Below, piece after piece: positions 1-12,835 of a DNA stretch of 58,669 nucleotides; positions within the stretch are counted from its first letter, which is position 1; each line of letters begins with the position of its first letter. Location of the stretch: contig NC_068988.1 of assembly GCF_001194135.2 (NCBI RefSeq), forward strand, positions 1,147,259 to 1,205,927, written 5' to 3'. The translations under genes were made by a program, and so were the position numbers. Below the pieces are notes generated by a model. It was not told the DNA's origin and did no database searches. It worked only from the letters and a program-made list of their open reading frames with translations. Source of the stretch: Octopus bimaculoides (lineage: Eukaryota).

Positions 1-65
1 TATATATATACGGAGATGTACTTGCATAGCAAGTGACCTGATCTGGGATCGTGTGCTGGAACGAA

Positions 66-311
66 AACAATTGCAGAGTGGAAGGTGTTTATAAGCCATT
101 TAAAATAACACACAAAAACATTAGATTCATTTCAACATTTAAATTTAATTTGTCAAATTCTGAGATGCAGCACAGAGTTTTGTCAGTGAACAGGTCGCGG
201 TCTCAAAGCAACGAAAATATTTTGACAAATTAAATTTAAATGTTGAAGTGAATCTAACAGTTTTTATGTGTTTTTTAAATGGCTTATAAACACCTTCCAC
301 GCTGTAATTGT
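66..311. repeat. Fold-back element, about 90-bp arms and 63-nt spacer
   Basis: 66-157 is about 90% identical by eye to the reverse complement of 221-311. Confidence 0.85.
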
Positions 312-323
312 TGGTATATATAT

Positions 324-459
324 AACTTTATAAATAAGGGCAAAAGAAAAAAATCCCTATGCCAAATATGCTGAGAATAGATTTTATTGATGATTTAAAG
401 TTTATTCTCAACATAATTGGCAGAGGAATTTTTTTTCTTTTGCCCTTATTTATAAAGTT
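324..459. repeat. Fold-back element, about 57-bp arms and about 20-nt loop
   Basis: AACTTTATAAATAAGGGCAAAAGAAAAAAA.. pairs with ..TTTTTTTTCTTTTGCCCTTATTTATAAAGTT. Confidence 0.85.
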
Positions 460-1621
460 CTTTATAATTTTTACCTTAAAAGGTATTTTTTAATATACTG
501 TCCACTGATATTTTTTGAAAATTTTAACCTATATTAGATGTATATATCATCATCATCATCATCATCATCGTTTAACATCCACTTTCCATGCTAGCTCTGG
601 CAAAGATCACGCTCGGACGGTGCTGTTAGTGCTCCACTGGTACAGGTGCCATCACGATTTTGCTTTCACTTGCCCCAACAGGTCTTCTCAAGCCGAGTTC
701 AGTGTCCAATGAAGGAGACGTTGGCATGGGGGCCAGTCGTCGATTTTAGTTCAATTTCGATTATATATATAATGATACAACAGTGCTTACCACCTGATGA
801 TAGGCAGGTACACAGCAGTAGCAGCTGGATCATATTTATATGCCACCTATGAATCATAGTCGTTGCTGGTGCTATATAAATGGCACATAAAAGCACCCAT
901 TACACCCCTGGAATGGTTGGCATTAGGAAAGGCATCCAGCCATAGAAACCCAGCCAAGTCAGACTGGAACCTGGTGCAGCTCTCCAGTTCACTGGCTCCA
1001 GTCAAACTGTCTGACCCATGCCAGCATCAACAATGGACATTAAATGATGATGATGATGATAGTTTATTTAATAGTATGACGTGCAAAACTCAGCAACTAA
1101 CAGCTGTTACTAATGCACAGAAACAATTATTGCATCAGTGATCAAACCCTGTTCATTTCATCTTGCCTTATAAATTTCTTTTTATATAAATTCTGCATAC
1201 GCTAATGAATTACCTACAATACATACATATGTATATATGTATATATATTTGTGCCAGTGGAACATAAAAAGCACCATTCAAGCGTGGCTGATGCCATTGC
1301 TGCCTGACTGGCTCCTGTGCCAGTGGCACGTAAAAAGCACCCACTACACTCTCAGAGTGGTTGGCATTAGGGATGGCATCCAGCTGTAGAAATCTTGCCA
1401 AATCAGATTAGAGCCTGGTGCGGCCTCCTGGCTTGCCAGTCCTCAGTCAAACCGTCCAACCCATGCCTACAGTATGATAGAGGAACAAGCACAGATGTGT
1501 TACAGTAGAGAAGAACTATTAACAGAAATTTCTATAAATCCCATGTTGTAATGAACTAACGATGCTATTTCAATTGATTGAGAAAGGACAATGGCAAATA
1601 AATATTTAAAAGGTGACTTAC

Positions 1622-1675
1622 TTTTAACTTTAGTTAAAATTTGCTCCACATCAGGATTCTCATCAAACACATAAT
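1622..1675 (-). CDS. ZFYVE9: SARA exon (54 nt, phase 1-1), start of the conserved C-terminal region
   Basis: Acceptor tttttttgtatttgtag|AT; donor AAAA|GTAAGT. Encodes (D)YVFDENPDVEQILTKVK, positioned like the vertebrate DYAVEEKP segment. Confidence 0.85.
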
Positions 1676-2225
1676 CTACAAATACAAAAAAACAGAAAGC
1701 GTCACACATGTTTAATAACATGGCGTAGTTTCTAGAGAAAGTTATCATCATCATTATCATCATCAACAACCCTCTGGACATTATTGTTGTCTTGGGTCCT
1801 AAGACTCTAAGGCCCAGTTATCTGGTTCCCATAACATTTAAGTGACTGACATCACAACATTCCTTCCTGATCAGAAGAATAGTCTGTCGAAGGGTGACCC
1901 ATTTCTACAGCTGAGTGGACAGAGCAAAGTGAAATGAAATGTTTTGCTCAAGAACATTTGAGTGTCACTCAGTCTGAAAATTGAAACCAATAGCTTATGA
2001 TGGTGAGTGTAGTATCCTAACCACTCGGTCACACACTGCCTTTGCCTACAAAAAGTTAACAGATCCTCCCTATAATCTACAAAGCTGCACCACTTCCAAC
2101 ATCATGGGTTCAGTTTTTATAGAAAGTCAACAAAGAAATCATGAAACTAAAAATACTTCCATGCTTTTAGCATGTTTAATTAAATTGCCATATTCACAGA
2201 GATGCAAATCACAAAATATATTTAC

Positions 2226-2345
2226 CTTTCCCACTACTTGACAATAAAACAGGTGGTAATCCATTTTCCGGGATGTGACATTTATTTCGAGGGCTGTTTG
2301 CTGACCGCAAACAGCGTGTGCGAGGAGTTATAGATTGATCATTGC
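2226..2345 (-). CDS. ZFYVE9: SARA exon (120 nt, phase 1-1)
   Basis: Acceptor tttctactttatag|GC; donor AAAG|GTAAAT. Encodes NDQSITPRTRCLRSANSPRNKCHIPENGLPPVLLSSSGK, matching the SARA IPEDGLPPIL motif as I recall it. Confidence 0.9.
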
Positions 2346-3209
2346 CTATAAAGTAGAAACGATAACAATAGATCATCATCATCATTTTAACAAACAAACA
2401 AACAAAAAAAACAAGTAAAGGAGTGAAGTTAGTTGTGCCTTGGGAAGGTCATTGCACCAATAATAACACACACACTGGTTCAATATAACTTCTTTATTGT
2501 TAGTTAACTGGTTAAATATCTAACCAACTAACTAATCAATCATTTGCTTAATGTGCTGATTAAACAATGGATTAGTTGTTTGTTAGATTGACTGTTTAGC
2601 CAACACAGTAAACAAACAATCAATTGGATAAATGGTTAGATATTTAACCAATTGACTAACAATAAAGACGTGATATTGAACCAGTGTGTGTGTTTACTAC
2701 TATTGGTGTAATGACCTTCCCAAGACACACACACACAAAAAAAGAAGATTTGTTTCATTATGAGTTCACATCAAGAATCTTGCAAACCAAATACAAAAAT
2801 ACAGTGAAGTTAGTATTTTTTGATGCACAAAATAGGATCAAAGTCAGCACACAAGTCATGAATTTATTGGTGAATTAAACTTCATTGTCTGTAATTATAT
2901 AAAACATCACATAGTCGTGCTAGTTTTAGCCCTAGGACTCATCAGGCTGGTTACTCAGTTTCCATCACATGTAAGTAATTGTTATCTCCAACAATAAGTT
3001 TGTTGTTGTATTATTATAAAGTCTTAGTTTTACAGTTAATTATTAAAAGGTACTGAGAGTGAAGATGTGCAATGACTGTAGTTAGTTCAATGTATTTACA
3101 AATAAAATCTGATATGAAGCTTCCTTAAAGACTTAATTATCTCCCTTCCAAAATGAAATTAATTTTTGTATTTTGTATCCGGAGATGTTTAAAAATTAAA
3201 ATCACTCAC

Positions 3210-3365
3210 CCTGAGTTATCCTTTCTACTTTCTTCTGTACTCGTCCCGTCCGCCTGGGGGGTAAACGGGAATCTTGAGGGTGATCAGCTTCTTCAGTTAG
3301 ATCACCCCCAGGTCGAATACCATCTGAGAATATGACTTGTTTTGGCTCTCCCTTTCGCTGGCTTC
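3210..3365 (-). CDS. ZFYVE9: SARA exon with RVxF-type PP1-binding motif (156 nt, phase 1-1)
   Basis: Acceptor ttttttgttttacag|GA; donor CAGG|GTGAGT. Encodes SQRKGEPKQVIFSDGIRPGGDLTEEADHPQDSRLPPRRTGRVQKKVERITQ. Confidence 0.93.
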
Positions 3366-4659
3366 CTGTAAAACAAAAAATACTGCCTGGCATCAATCTT
3401 ACTGTTAACGTTGGTTCAGTAGAGTCAACAGAGAAATGAAGACTAGCAACGTTACAACACACGCACATTTATATGGAATGAGGAACTTTTGAGATTGCAA
3501 ATGAAAAGAAAAGAACTCAATACAGAAAGTAGAGTGTGTCTTATATTAGAAGCTGACATTCTCATGACTCTTGGTTTCACATTATTAACAATTATTCAAA
3601 TGACTAAAAATGAGAAGCAGCACAAATGCGTGCGTGCGTGCGTGTATAAAATATTTGCAAATGCTGAAATATAGTTATGAATAAACTTAGTTTGAATTGC
3701 TTGTCGAAGACTATCAAAAAATGTATCATTTAGCTATTGAACTATGCAGAACACCTGTTCAATTATTCACATACTAACAACTATATAATATTTCATGTCT
3801 TCAGTATCATACGTGTAAAACACATGAAAGCAAGGAAGATGGTTATCATTAACACCACTTGAAGTGTTGATGTCTAACTGAATTTTGTTTTTCTTCCATA
3901 ATTTGGTCATTTTCCATAAATCCGTATGTAGAAAATAAACTGTGTTAGCCAGCTGGCAGGTGGAAATTCCTCAATCAGTACCAATGAAAGGTTCTCCATC
4001 AACAGTTCAAAATTGGAAAAGGCTGTCAGGGGCTGTTATATGCCTTCACATGATGCTGGTGACTTGAAAACATCACATGTACATAAATAAAAGACTACAT
4101 CACATGACCTGCATGAAAACTGGACAGATGAGCGTCTGATGCATTTTCTGCAACCCATCAAAGCTTGATGATCAAGCATGTATTAATGTGTTTACAAACC
4201 ATCATCATCATCGTTTAACGTCTGTTTTCCATGCTGGCATGGGTTAGACGGTTTGACTGACGTTTGGAGAGCCAGCGGCTGCACCAAGCTCCAATCTGAT
4301 CTGGCAATGTTTCTACAGCTGGATGCCCTTCCTAACGCCAAGGAGAGAATGATACAACAGCTGCATGAGGGTTGTTGGTAAGGAGATTGAGTAGAAGCAG
4401 CTTGAGTGACATGATGGGAAAATTAATGAAAAAGGAACAGGATGACAGATGGAGTAATGAGAGAGATTAAGACAAATGAGTGACAGAGGAAAGGGTAAAG
4501 TGAGAGAGTGTTGGATCACAATAAAGAAGTTTAATGGTAGAGAAGGACTCATTACACAAACAACAAATAAACTGACAACAGGAACCTCAGTCATTATGAT
4601 CATCATCATCAGCAGCACTGTCTTTTCACTTTTCCATGCTTGCATGGATTTGCAGGTCT

Positions 4660-5260
4660 TCTCCAGCAAGTGATTCATCACTTGCTGTACTCGTCTATCA
4701 TCTCTTTTATGAGATTCAGCCTCTTTAGATCAGTCTTCATCATTTCATCCCATGTCTTCCGAGATTCCATCCACTTGACACACTCAACACTTCTTCTTTA
4801 TACAACTCACACCTTCCATATACGTATCACCCCTATCAACATAGTCTTCTCTCTTGCACCCTACAGTTGATTCCTCTCACATTTAGTTTATCCCTCAACC
4901 CATTTTTGTAACCCTAATCATGCAAACTAACATTAGACTTCCAGTACACCTCCAGCAAAGCATACTGGCCTCATTTCTTTCCAAATTCTCCACATTCAAA
5001 GCCTATGGTTCACTACCAGACAGCATCAAAACTCTCAGAAAGAAACCCTTTGTTGCCAACAGAGGGAATAATTGCCCAAACTTTTTCTCTTCCATTCTTA
5101 TTCTGGTTACCATACTTTCAGCATACTCACCTCTTCTGCAAATTAAGTCATCTCATTAGCAAAAACCATCAACTACTTCCAGAAACCCATTCCAGGAATA
5201 TTCTTACTGTTAACTGCTATCATTCATCCGCTACACCATTAAGTCTACTCTATCAATCCA
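4660..5260 (-). mobile_element. RTE-clade LINE 3' remnant
   Basis: Decayed frames KFGQLFPLLATKGFFLRV..GSEP*ALNVENLERNEASMLCW and RKTWDEMMKTDLKRLNL. Confidence 0.75.
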
Positions 5261-6849
5261 TTTGTGAGCCTACAACATCACCTCTCCATAAACAGTTTAC
5301 ATTACACACACGCCATATGGAATTCTTGTCTGCTTGTTTTCTGCACAAGGAGCTTGGCCACTTGCCCTGATGGAAATTCAGTCTTGTCTACTCTCCTAGC
5401 ATCTGAAACTTTAGTCTTAGCTAGATTTATTTTGAAGTCTTGTGATGCTTGATTTTCATCCCTAAATCTCTTATTAAATTTAGCTGTGAAAACTAGGTTC
5501 AGAACTTTGCATGCCTCAAACTCTTCTGTTATGGCCTGAAGGACTATAATTAACAGAAGAGGGCAATGAGCCTACAGCCTGTCGAATTCCTCACTGAATT
5601 CATTGCTAACTCTTACCTTGCTGATAGTAACCCCTATACATAGCTTGCACTGCTCTCAGATTACAGGGTGGACTCTTGCCAAAGGCTTCATCCAGATGGA
5701 CAAATATTAAAGCCAAGTAGTTTAACACTAGCTGCATACTTCTCTCATAGCTGTTTCACTAGGGAAAGGACATTGACAGTACTCCATCCTGGTATAAACC
5801 TGAACTGCTTCTCATCTTGTTTAATCCTATTTATAATTCGTTGTGCTCTGATTCTGATAATGATAATCCATCCGGTTGTTTGTGTATGTGTGTGTATATA
5901 TATATATATATATATAATCAGCATTTTAATTTTGACTTATATGTAAGCAAAGAACAGTAGACATTAAATTTTGTAGTAATAGATTTTTCTACAGCTAGAA
6001 GCTCTTCCACCTACCTCCAAGTAAAGTGTAACATTTCCCAACCCCTTTCAACAACAAATGGCCCTGGTATACTTCCCTAAAAATTTACTAACAAATGACT
6101 AGGTTTTTTTCTTTAATAATTAATTGAAATTTTTGCCACAAGGGCAGCTTTGGGGAGGTGAGAATGAGTTGATTACATCGACCCCAATGTTCAACCGGTA
6201 CTTATTTTATCAACCCTGAAAGGATGAAAGACCATGTTGACCTCAGCAGAATTTGAACTCAGAACGTAGCAACGGACGCATCCAGCGTGCTAACAATTCT
6301 GCCAGCTCACCGCTTTATCTTTTTTCTTTAATAATAATCCTTTTTCAGTTCTGTATTTAAGAAATGAGGAATTATGTGCATCCGTCAAAAAGTAGATAAT
6401 GCAAATAATCACTTTTGTTTATAATCAGTGTACCCATGTCCGGACAAGAGTGAAACACACACATTCTCACATGACCGGTTTCTTCCCGTTTCCAATCTAC
6501 CAGATTTCATTCAGAAGGCATTGGTCAATCTACAGCTAGAGTAAAGGACACTAACCAACAATGTACACACAGCAGACACTGTTTTCTGCTAGTAACAAAG
6601 GATTTCTCTCTCAGAGTGAGAGGAAGAGTGTGTGATATTTGTATATGAACTGTAATACTGCATGACGGTGAGACTGAGGATTTGTGAAGGCTATAAAGTC
6701 ATGAACTGAGCATGGTTTACTGGCTGAATTGGTGTTAATGTACACCAGTGTTCCACAACCTTTTTACACTTGCCGTACACTAACATTCGATTCAAAATTT
6801 GGCAACACACCTGAACTAAAAATATAACTAAAAGATTTGGGAAAAAAAT

Positions 6850-7180
6850 TACATTCAGGTTACACTGTGGCACATCTAGCATCATCTCATGGCACATCAT
6901 TGTGTCGCAGCATACCGGTTGCAGAGAACTGGTGTACACTGATATAGTACAAATTAGGTGGCAGGATACAAAGAAGATACACAAATAAGTGGACGTAGTG
7001 TGCAAGGGAGAAGACTGTGATCGTATGGATATGTGAAGTGTATGGCAGATGAGAGCTGGAGAAAGAAGTACAGGGTATGTAAAGTGGAAGGGACCAATGA
7101 AAGAGGGGAACCTAGGAAGGCATGGGAGAAAATGGTTGAAGACTGATCTCAGAATGATGAACATCACAAAAGAAATGAGA
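6850..7180 (+). mobile_element. RTE-clade LINE 3' remnant
   Basis: Reads GRRL*SYGYVKCMADESWRKKYRVCKVEGTNERGEPRKAWEKWLKTDLRMMNITKEM, resembling the RRLRWYGHV..GRPRKTW tail of RTE ORFs. Confidence 0.72.
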
Positions 7181-8389
7181 AAGGATTGTTAAATAACTGG
7201 AGACACACAAAGTCCTTGATAAGATTTAGTCATTCTTGCAGGCAGGGTATAGTGGACATCAGAACGATGACAGATGGGATCACAGGACCCTGTCCAAAAT
7301 AATGGCCACCCTTCTAGTGCTGGTGCCACAATAATAAAGTGCAGCCAAATACGCTCTGTAATGTGGTTGATGTTTGGGATGAAATCCAACCATGAAAACT
7401 ATGTTAGCACCTTTTGAGTGAGGTACAGTCTTTAAATCCATTTACAATAACTGAAACTATACAGACACAAGGACTGAATATGACAACTCACTTGACTCAT
7501 GCCTGCACAGAAAACTTCCATTAAAATTATGATGATACTGATGACGATATATACATATACATGTGTGTGTGTGTGTGTATATATAATGATGATGCTGATG
7601 ATGTATAAAACTTTTGGTCTTATAATATTTCTTTAAATTATAATGACATTTTAGTAACAACAAAAACTTCAAATGCTGACATTCAGAAAGAAAACCAGAA
7701 CAATTCTAAGAAAAGCAATCAACAGCAGCACTAATTAATTAACAATTATAGCAGCTAAACATTGAAAGCAAGTATTAATATCTTTCAAACATTATCATGC
7801 ATGAAAGTATTACATTATAAATGAAATAAAACAAGAAAAATTAATTAAAAAAAAAAACTGCTGCCACTGTATGAAAGCCAAAACATAATGCTAAAGTAGA
7901 ACACACGACAAGAAATATACCTTTATTTTAAACTGAATTAAATTTAAACTTATTAAAAGAATATTTCTAAAAATCTAAAACTGAAAATATTCAACTAATT
8001 TTGCTTAAAGACTCCAGAAATATAAGCTACAAGTCCTTTTTTTTTTTTGCTCTTGTTTAAAATATTAAAAATGTTAAGAATTTTTAAGGATATTTCAATA
8101 AAATCATTTTCATGATTGTAATGTCCACTTTTCCAGGCTTGAATGAGTCAAATGGAATTTATTGAGGCAGATTTTCTATGGCCAGATACCTTTCCTGTCA
8201 CCAATCCTCATCTGTTTTTCAAGCAAAGTAATATTTCTCCAGGACATGTTCTTGCAGAATATTTTGCCAGACATGTTCCTGCAGAATATTGGAAATGAGT
8301 GACACTGCTTATATAAGAGTGACACTCATTCACAACTATCACATGATGTCAAGACAAGGAGACACAAACATAAACACACTCACACATGT

Positions 8390-8425
<36 letters not shown>

Positions 8426-8664
8426 AATGGGCTTCTTTCAGTTTCTGTCTACCAAACCCATTCTCAAGGCAGAAGAAGACACCTGCCTAAGGTGTCATGC
8501 AGTGGGACTGAACCCAAAACCATGTGGTTGGGAAGCAATCTCCTTAACCTCACGGCCACGCCTGTGTCACAACTGCAATGACGAGATTATAACTATTCAA
8601 CAAAAACAGCGATGAACTTTATGATAAACAAATAACTAATATAACCCGAGAAAAACTTTTATGA

Positions 8665-8722
<58 letters not shown>

Positions 8723-10339
8723 TCCACACTCCTGTTTTATGTTTAAAGAGAAACTGTGACCATCGTAGCTACAAGAAGATGACAAGAACCACTTACAACA
8801 TATCTGCAGACATTACTCGATTCCACACACTTCCATCAAAAGTGTGCATTCAGAACTCTGAAGATATTGTACGAGACCAAACATACAAGCTTGATTGTGC
8901 ATGCGTGGAGCAGCACAGGTATACCTAACTATGTTGAGCAATATGAAACCCAGGTACGGACCAGACTTTATTAGAAGTCTGATGGTGTTTGGATAAATTA
9001 GAAATTGATTCTGTTAACGACTGGACACATAAGTGTCAGGAGATACAATGTAACACTGTAAAAGTTACTAATAAGTGAAGAATTTATGATGTTTACATAA
9101 ATATATGAATTATAACTTCAAGGAAGAAAATAGTAAATTGAAGTCTCATGCAACAATCAGAAAACATTGGCAAAACAAAGGAATGGAATAATTATGCTAA
9201 AAGTCTGCAATGTAACAACTGTTGATGCAAAAAATGTCAGAATTCAGAGAAGAATCAAAGAAGGAAAATTATCAGAATATAATATTTCCGCCAAGCATAA
9301 CATATAACAGATAGAACTTTGCATGCTAGATTATCTTTGGTAGAATACCATAAAATAATAACAGATTTGTATTCCCCATTGTCTAATGAGTAGATATTTT
9401 AATTAACATATGCTTTATTTCAATATCTTGAATTACCTAATTCGAGAACCGATGAATGATATCAAAGAGTAAATCCATGATAATTAAGAGCTCAATTAAC
9501 AACAGGTCATTAAAGCCCGACAAATTATGACATTGCAGTAAATCCAAGTAGGACGACCTTACATACAGTTACATAATCGGCTAGAATGGTTTTCTGATTA
9601 ATATTACACATAAAATTCCTGATAATTTGGGTAAACACAGCTTTTAAATTAAATTAATAAATTATATATCACAATCATGTAATATGTACATTCAATGATG
9701 TTTATCTTAATGAAACAGCTGTTGAAAACAATGTCTGAACTATTAAGTGAAATTTACATGTTTTGTACTTTTATTTTAAATATTTTGAGTTGCATTAACT
9801 AATGACATGAGAATCAATCTTCTTTCCAACCAATTTTGAGAGCATTTGAAATGTCTGAACATAAAGATTTTTAAAATAGTTAACTCTGACCCTACACGCA
9901 CAAGCAATTCAAAATGTTGCAGCAGTGATCATCAGGAGACATACTTTGTACAAGGCACTATTACAAACTAGAGATCCAGGTTATATAAGTTATATAAACA
10001 GCTTTCACTGGATTATTTACATAATTTTCAGAGGGGTCATTCCAAGAACCCCCACCTTCTCTTTTGATACATTTTTTTTTTATCACATCACTGCAACATA
10101 TAAAAGAAACGGATCCTTTCAATAGATGTTTATTGTACAGATTAATATTGTACCTGCAGTCTTTGGGACTTTTTTTAAGTGCAGCCTTTGGGAAGAAACC
10201 TGGATTTTGCAGGAAAAGACATTTTTGTTGATCAAATAGCATTGTATTTATTTATCATCATCATCATCATCATCATCTTATACCTGTTTTTCCATGCCTG
10301 CATAGTTTTGGACACGTTTTCTCCTAAACAGCATCTCAC

Positions 10340-10570
10340 CACTTGATGCCGTCCTCTACCAGTTCCTTCGTGCAGTACAGCTTCCTGAAATCAGCCTTTA
10401 CCATTTCTTTCCCGTATCTTCCTTGGTCTTCCTCTTTTGGTTCCTTTCATCTGGATCACCGGGCACCTTTTTTTTACCCAGCTTTCCCCTTCCATACACA
10501 GCTTAATATCCATTCCAGCCGATCACAGCTGGTTCCTCACAAACTCAGTCAACCTCTGCAATCATTTATG
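10340..10570 (-). mobile_element. RTE-clade LINE 3' remnant
   Basis: Decayed frame ending KEMVKADFRKLYCTKELVEDGIKW, followed by a (GAT)n tail near 10255-10280. Confidence 0.55.
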
Positions 10571-10699
10571 CATCATCATCATTCATGCAAAACAAAATCA
10601 CATCAACCGGAAGACTCACTGCACTCCCTTCCAGACCCCACACACATCCCCTGCATTCAAAACTCATGTTTTGCTACCATACAATATTGGACTGCATAG

Positions 10700-10900
10700 A
10701 CAAGCACCAACATCGAGAGGTCACAGCTCTAGTAACATGGACATGGGAGTACAGTGTCACAAGAAAGAATCACAAGATGAATTCTTCATGCCAAACTAAC
10801 CGACAGGAGACCTAAGGGTAGACCAACAATGAGATGGTTGGATGATATCCATAGTCTCTGCTGGTCATTCCTGAGAATCCAGCCACAAAGTGGAATAACG
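10700..10900 (+). mobile_element. RTE (Rex3/Expander-like) LINE 3' remnant
   Basis: Reads RPKGRPTMRWLDDIHSLCWSFLRIQP, similar to RPRGRPRTRWxDY..LAW..LGIP. Confidence 0.5.
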
Positions 10901-12259
10901 TTTGTTTTTGATAGGACACTATTGAGAAGATGCTTCCATGAATACTAGGCAGAGAAGATGGATGGAAACAAACACCTTACAAAATGACCTGATTAAGTTC
11001 CTAAAAAGTCAATTTATACATTTTATTTCTTTAATCTTTATGATTATATTTCCCCAATAAATGTAATTACATTGTTCCACCGATTTAATTAAAATCTTTT
11101 TTTTAATGTGCCTTTATTAGATTATACTTAATTCAAGGTGGCCTTCAAATATAAAAGGTCCCCTCAACCTTGTTTAGCTGATTCAGTAAAGACAAACAGT
11201 TTAAAACAAGGGACAATACTTCATTTTTAGTCAAACTGGAGTATTTTGCCAATGATTGTGTAAAAATACCTGTTTTTCTTGTTATTAGTGTCCATTTACT
11301 AAAATTATACATACATACACACGTGTAGCTGTGTGTATGTGAGTGTTCATATGTAGCTTTGTTGCTTTATGATCTGGTAGAACTGGTTAGACTATACTAA
11401 CTAAAGAGGTCTTATAAAACTGGAATATGTCTGGAGTTGTCAATTTACTTCCAAAGATCAGATCCCACTGTACACCCATACTCTATTTTATAGTTCATTT
11501 ATCTAATTTAAACTAAGGAATAGTCTCCCTTGCCTTTCATAACCAGAATCAATATGCAAATGACCTCTTCATAACAAGGTGTAATTATAATGAAAATTTC
11601 TTGGGTATGGGCAGGGAAGGGTTCACTAAAATTAATTATATCAACAGAGACTTAATAATTAACAGTATGTATTTACAGCCCAGGGCTGAGCAGAATGACA
11701 GGGCCTTACTCAAGAGGCACATTACAATGCCTCGGGTAGTAAGGGCTGAATTCATAAAATATATTCAATACAACGGCAAGAAACTCTCAACAGAACTAAA
11801 CAGCAGAAGGTCTTCAAAGAAGAAACCCTACTCTGGCAAGGGTTTCGGCCCTGAACTTCTTCTTTACACTCTTAGAGGGAAAGGCTGCATCTAGGGCACG
11901 ACTCCTCTCCTGGGCGGCCTTCTGCTGACACTTTTTTGCCACTTGGATATCGGAGACTTATGCATTTAAACTCCTTGGAGGTCTCATTGAGTTGTGATTT
12001 CATCTGCATTGACCCAGCTTTCAGACTTAAAGAACGAAGAATGTCAGTTGGTTGCTATGGTAATGGTGAAATATCAACGCTATCATAATGACGCACTCAG
12101 AGTTACTTCCCTTAGCATTAAATCGCAATAAACACACACTCACACATTAATATTCCACTACAACATCAATAACATCAATTCAAAGACAATGAAAACAATT
12201 TTTAAAAAACAACAACAACAACAATAATAATAATATTATCAAGCCTCTTTGTCACTCAC

Positions 12260-12397
12260 CCTCTCTCTTGAGAACACCGACTGGAACCATGACGGTCGGC
12301 AATGGAACATGCGCATTGGCTTGTTGCAATGGTGGGATGGTGGAGCAGTACTCACTGGGGTTATTAGGGTTAGGACTTCGTCCAGACCGGTTCTCCG
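12260..12397 (-). CDS. ZFYVE9: SARA Smad-binding-domain exon (138 nt, phase 1-1)
   Basis: Acceptor taatttttcccag|CG; donor GAGG|GTGAGT. Encodes ENRSGRSPNPNNPSEYCSTIPPLQQANAHVPLPTVMVPVGVLKRE (frame not shown in the ORF track). Confidence 0.96.
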
Positions 12398-12644
12398 CTG
12401 GGAAAAATTAAGCAGGCAAGCCACGATAGAGATTCGTTAGTAAGCAGAGTGAAGAAGAGACAAATTAATAGATTGTTGGAGCAATATGGCATAACAAACC
12501 AACTAAGCAACAGACACAGGAAAAACAGTATCAAACGGAAAAGAAAAAAAAGAGAGAGAGAGAGAGAGAGACAACAGCAGCAGCATCACTGTACAGCTTC
12601 TTTAACCTCTCTCAACATGCAAAAATGTGGTGGATTTTTGGAGT

Positions 12645-12835
12645 TTAACCCTTTCGTTACCAACCCGGCTGAAACCGAATCTGACTCTGTGGTACAAATG
12701 TCTTGTTTCCGTCCACCAAACCTTAGTCACAATTTATGTTCCTAACACTAGCTTAACGATAACGAAGTTATTTTTACTAAGTAATGGAAAGAAACACAGA
12801 GCATCTCAAAATAAATACAGTAACGAAAGGGCTAA
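12645..12835. mobile_element. piggyBac-like MITE
   Basis: Perfect 12-bp TIR CCCTTTCGTTAC (12649-12660) / GTAACGAAAGGG (12820-12831), flanked by TTAA and CTAA. Confidence 0.75.

Noticed and set aside
1500-1621. Continuation of ORF 1500..1781 past VK
   Set aside because: A GTAAGT donor at 1621 ends the exon; the remainder does not resemble SARA.
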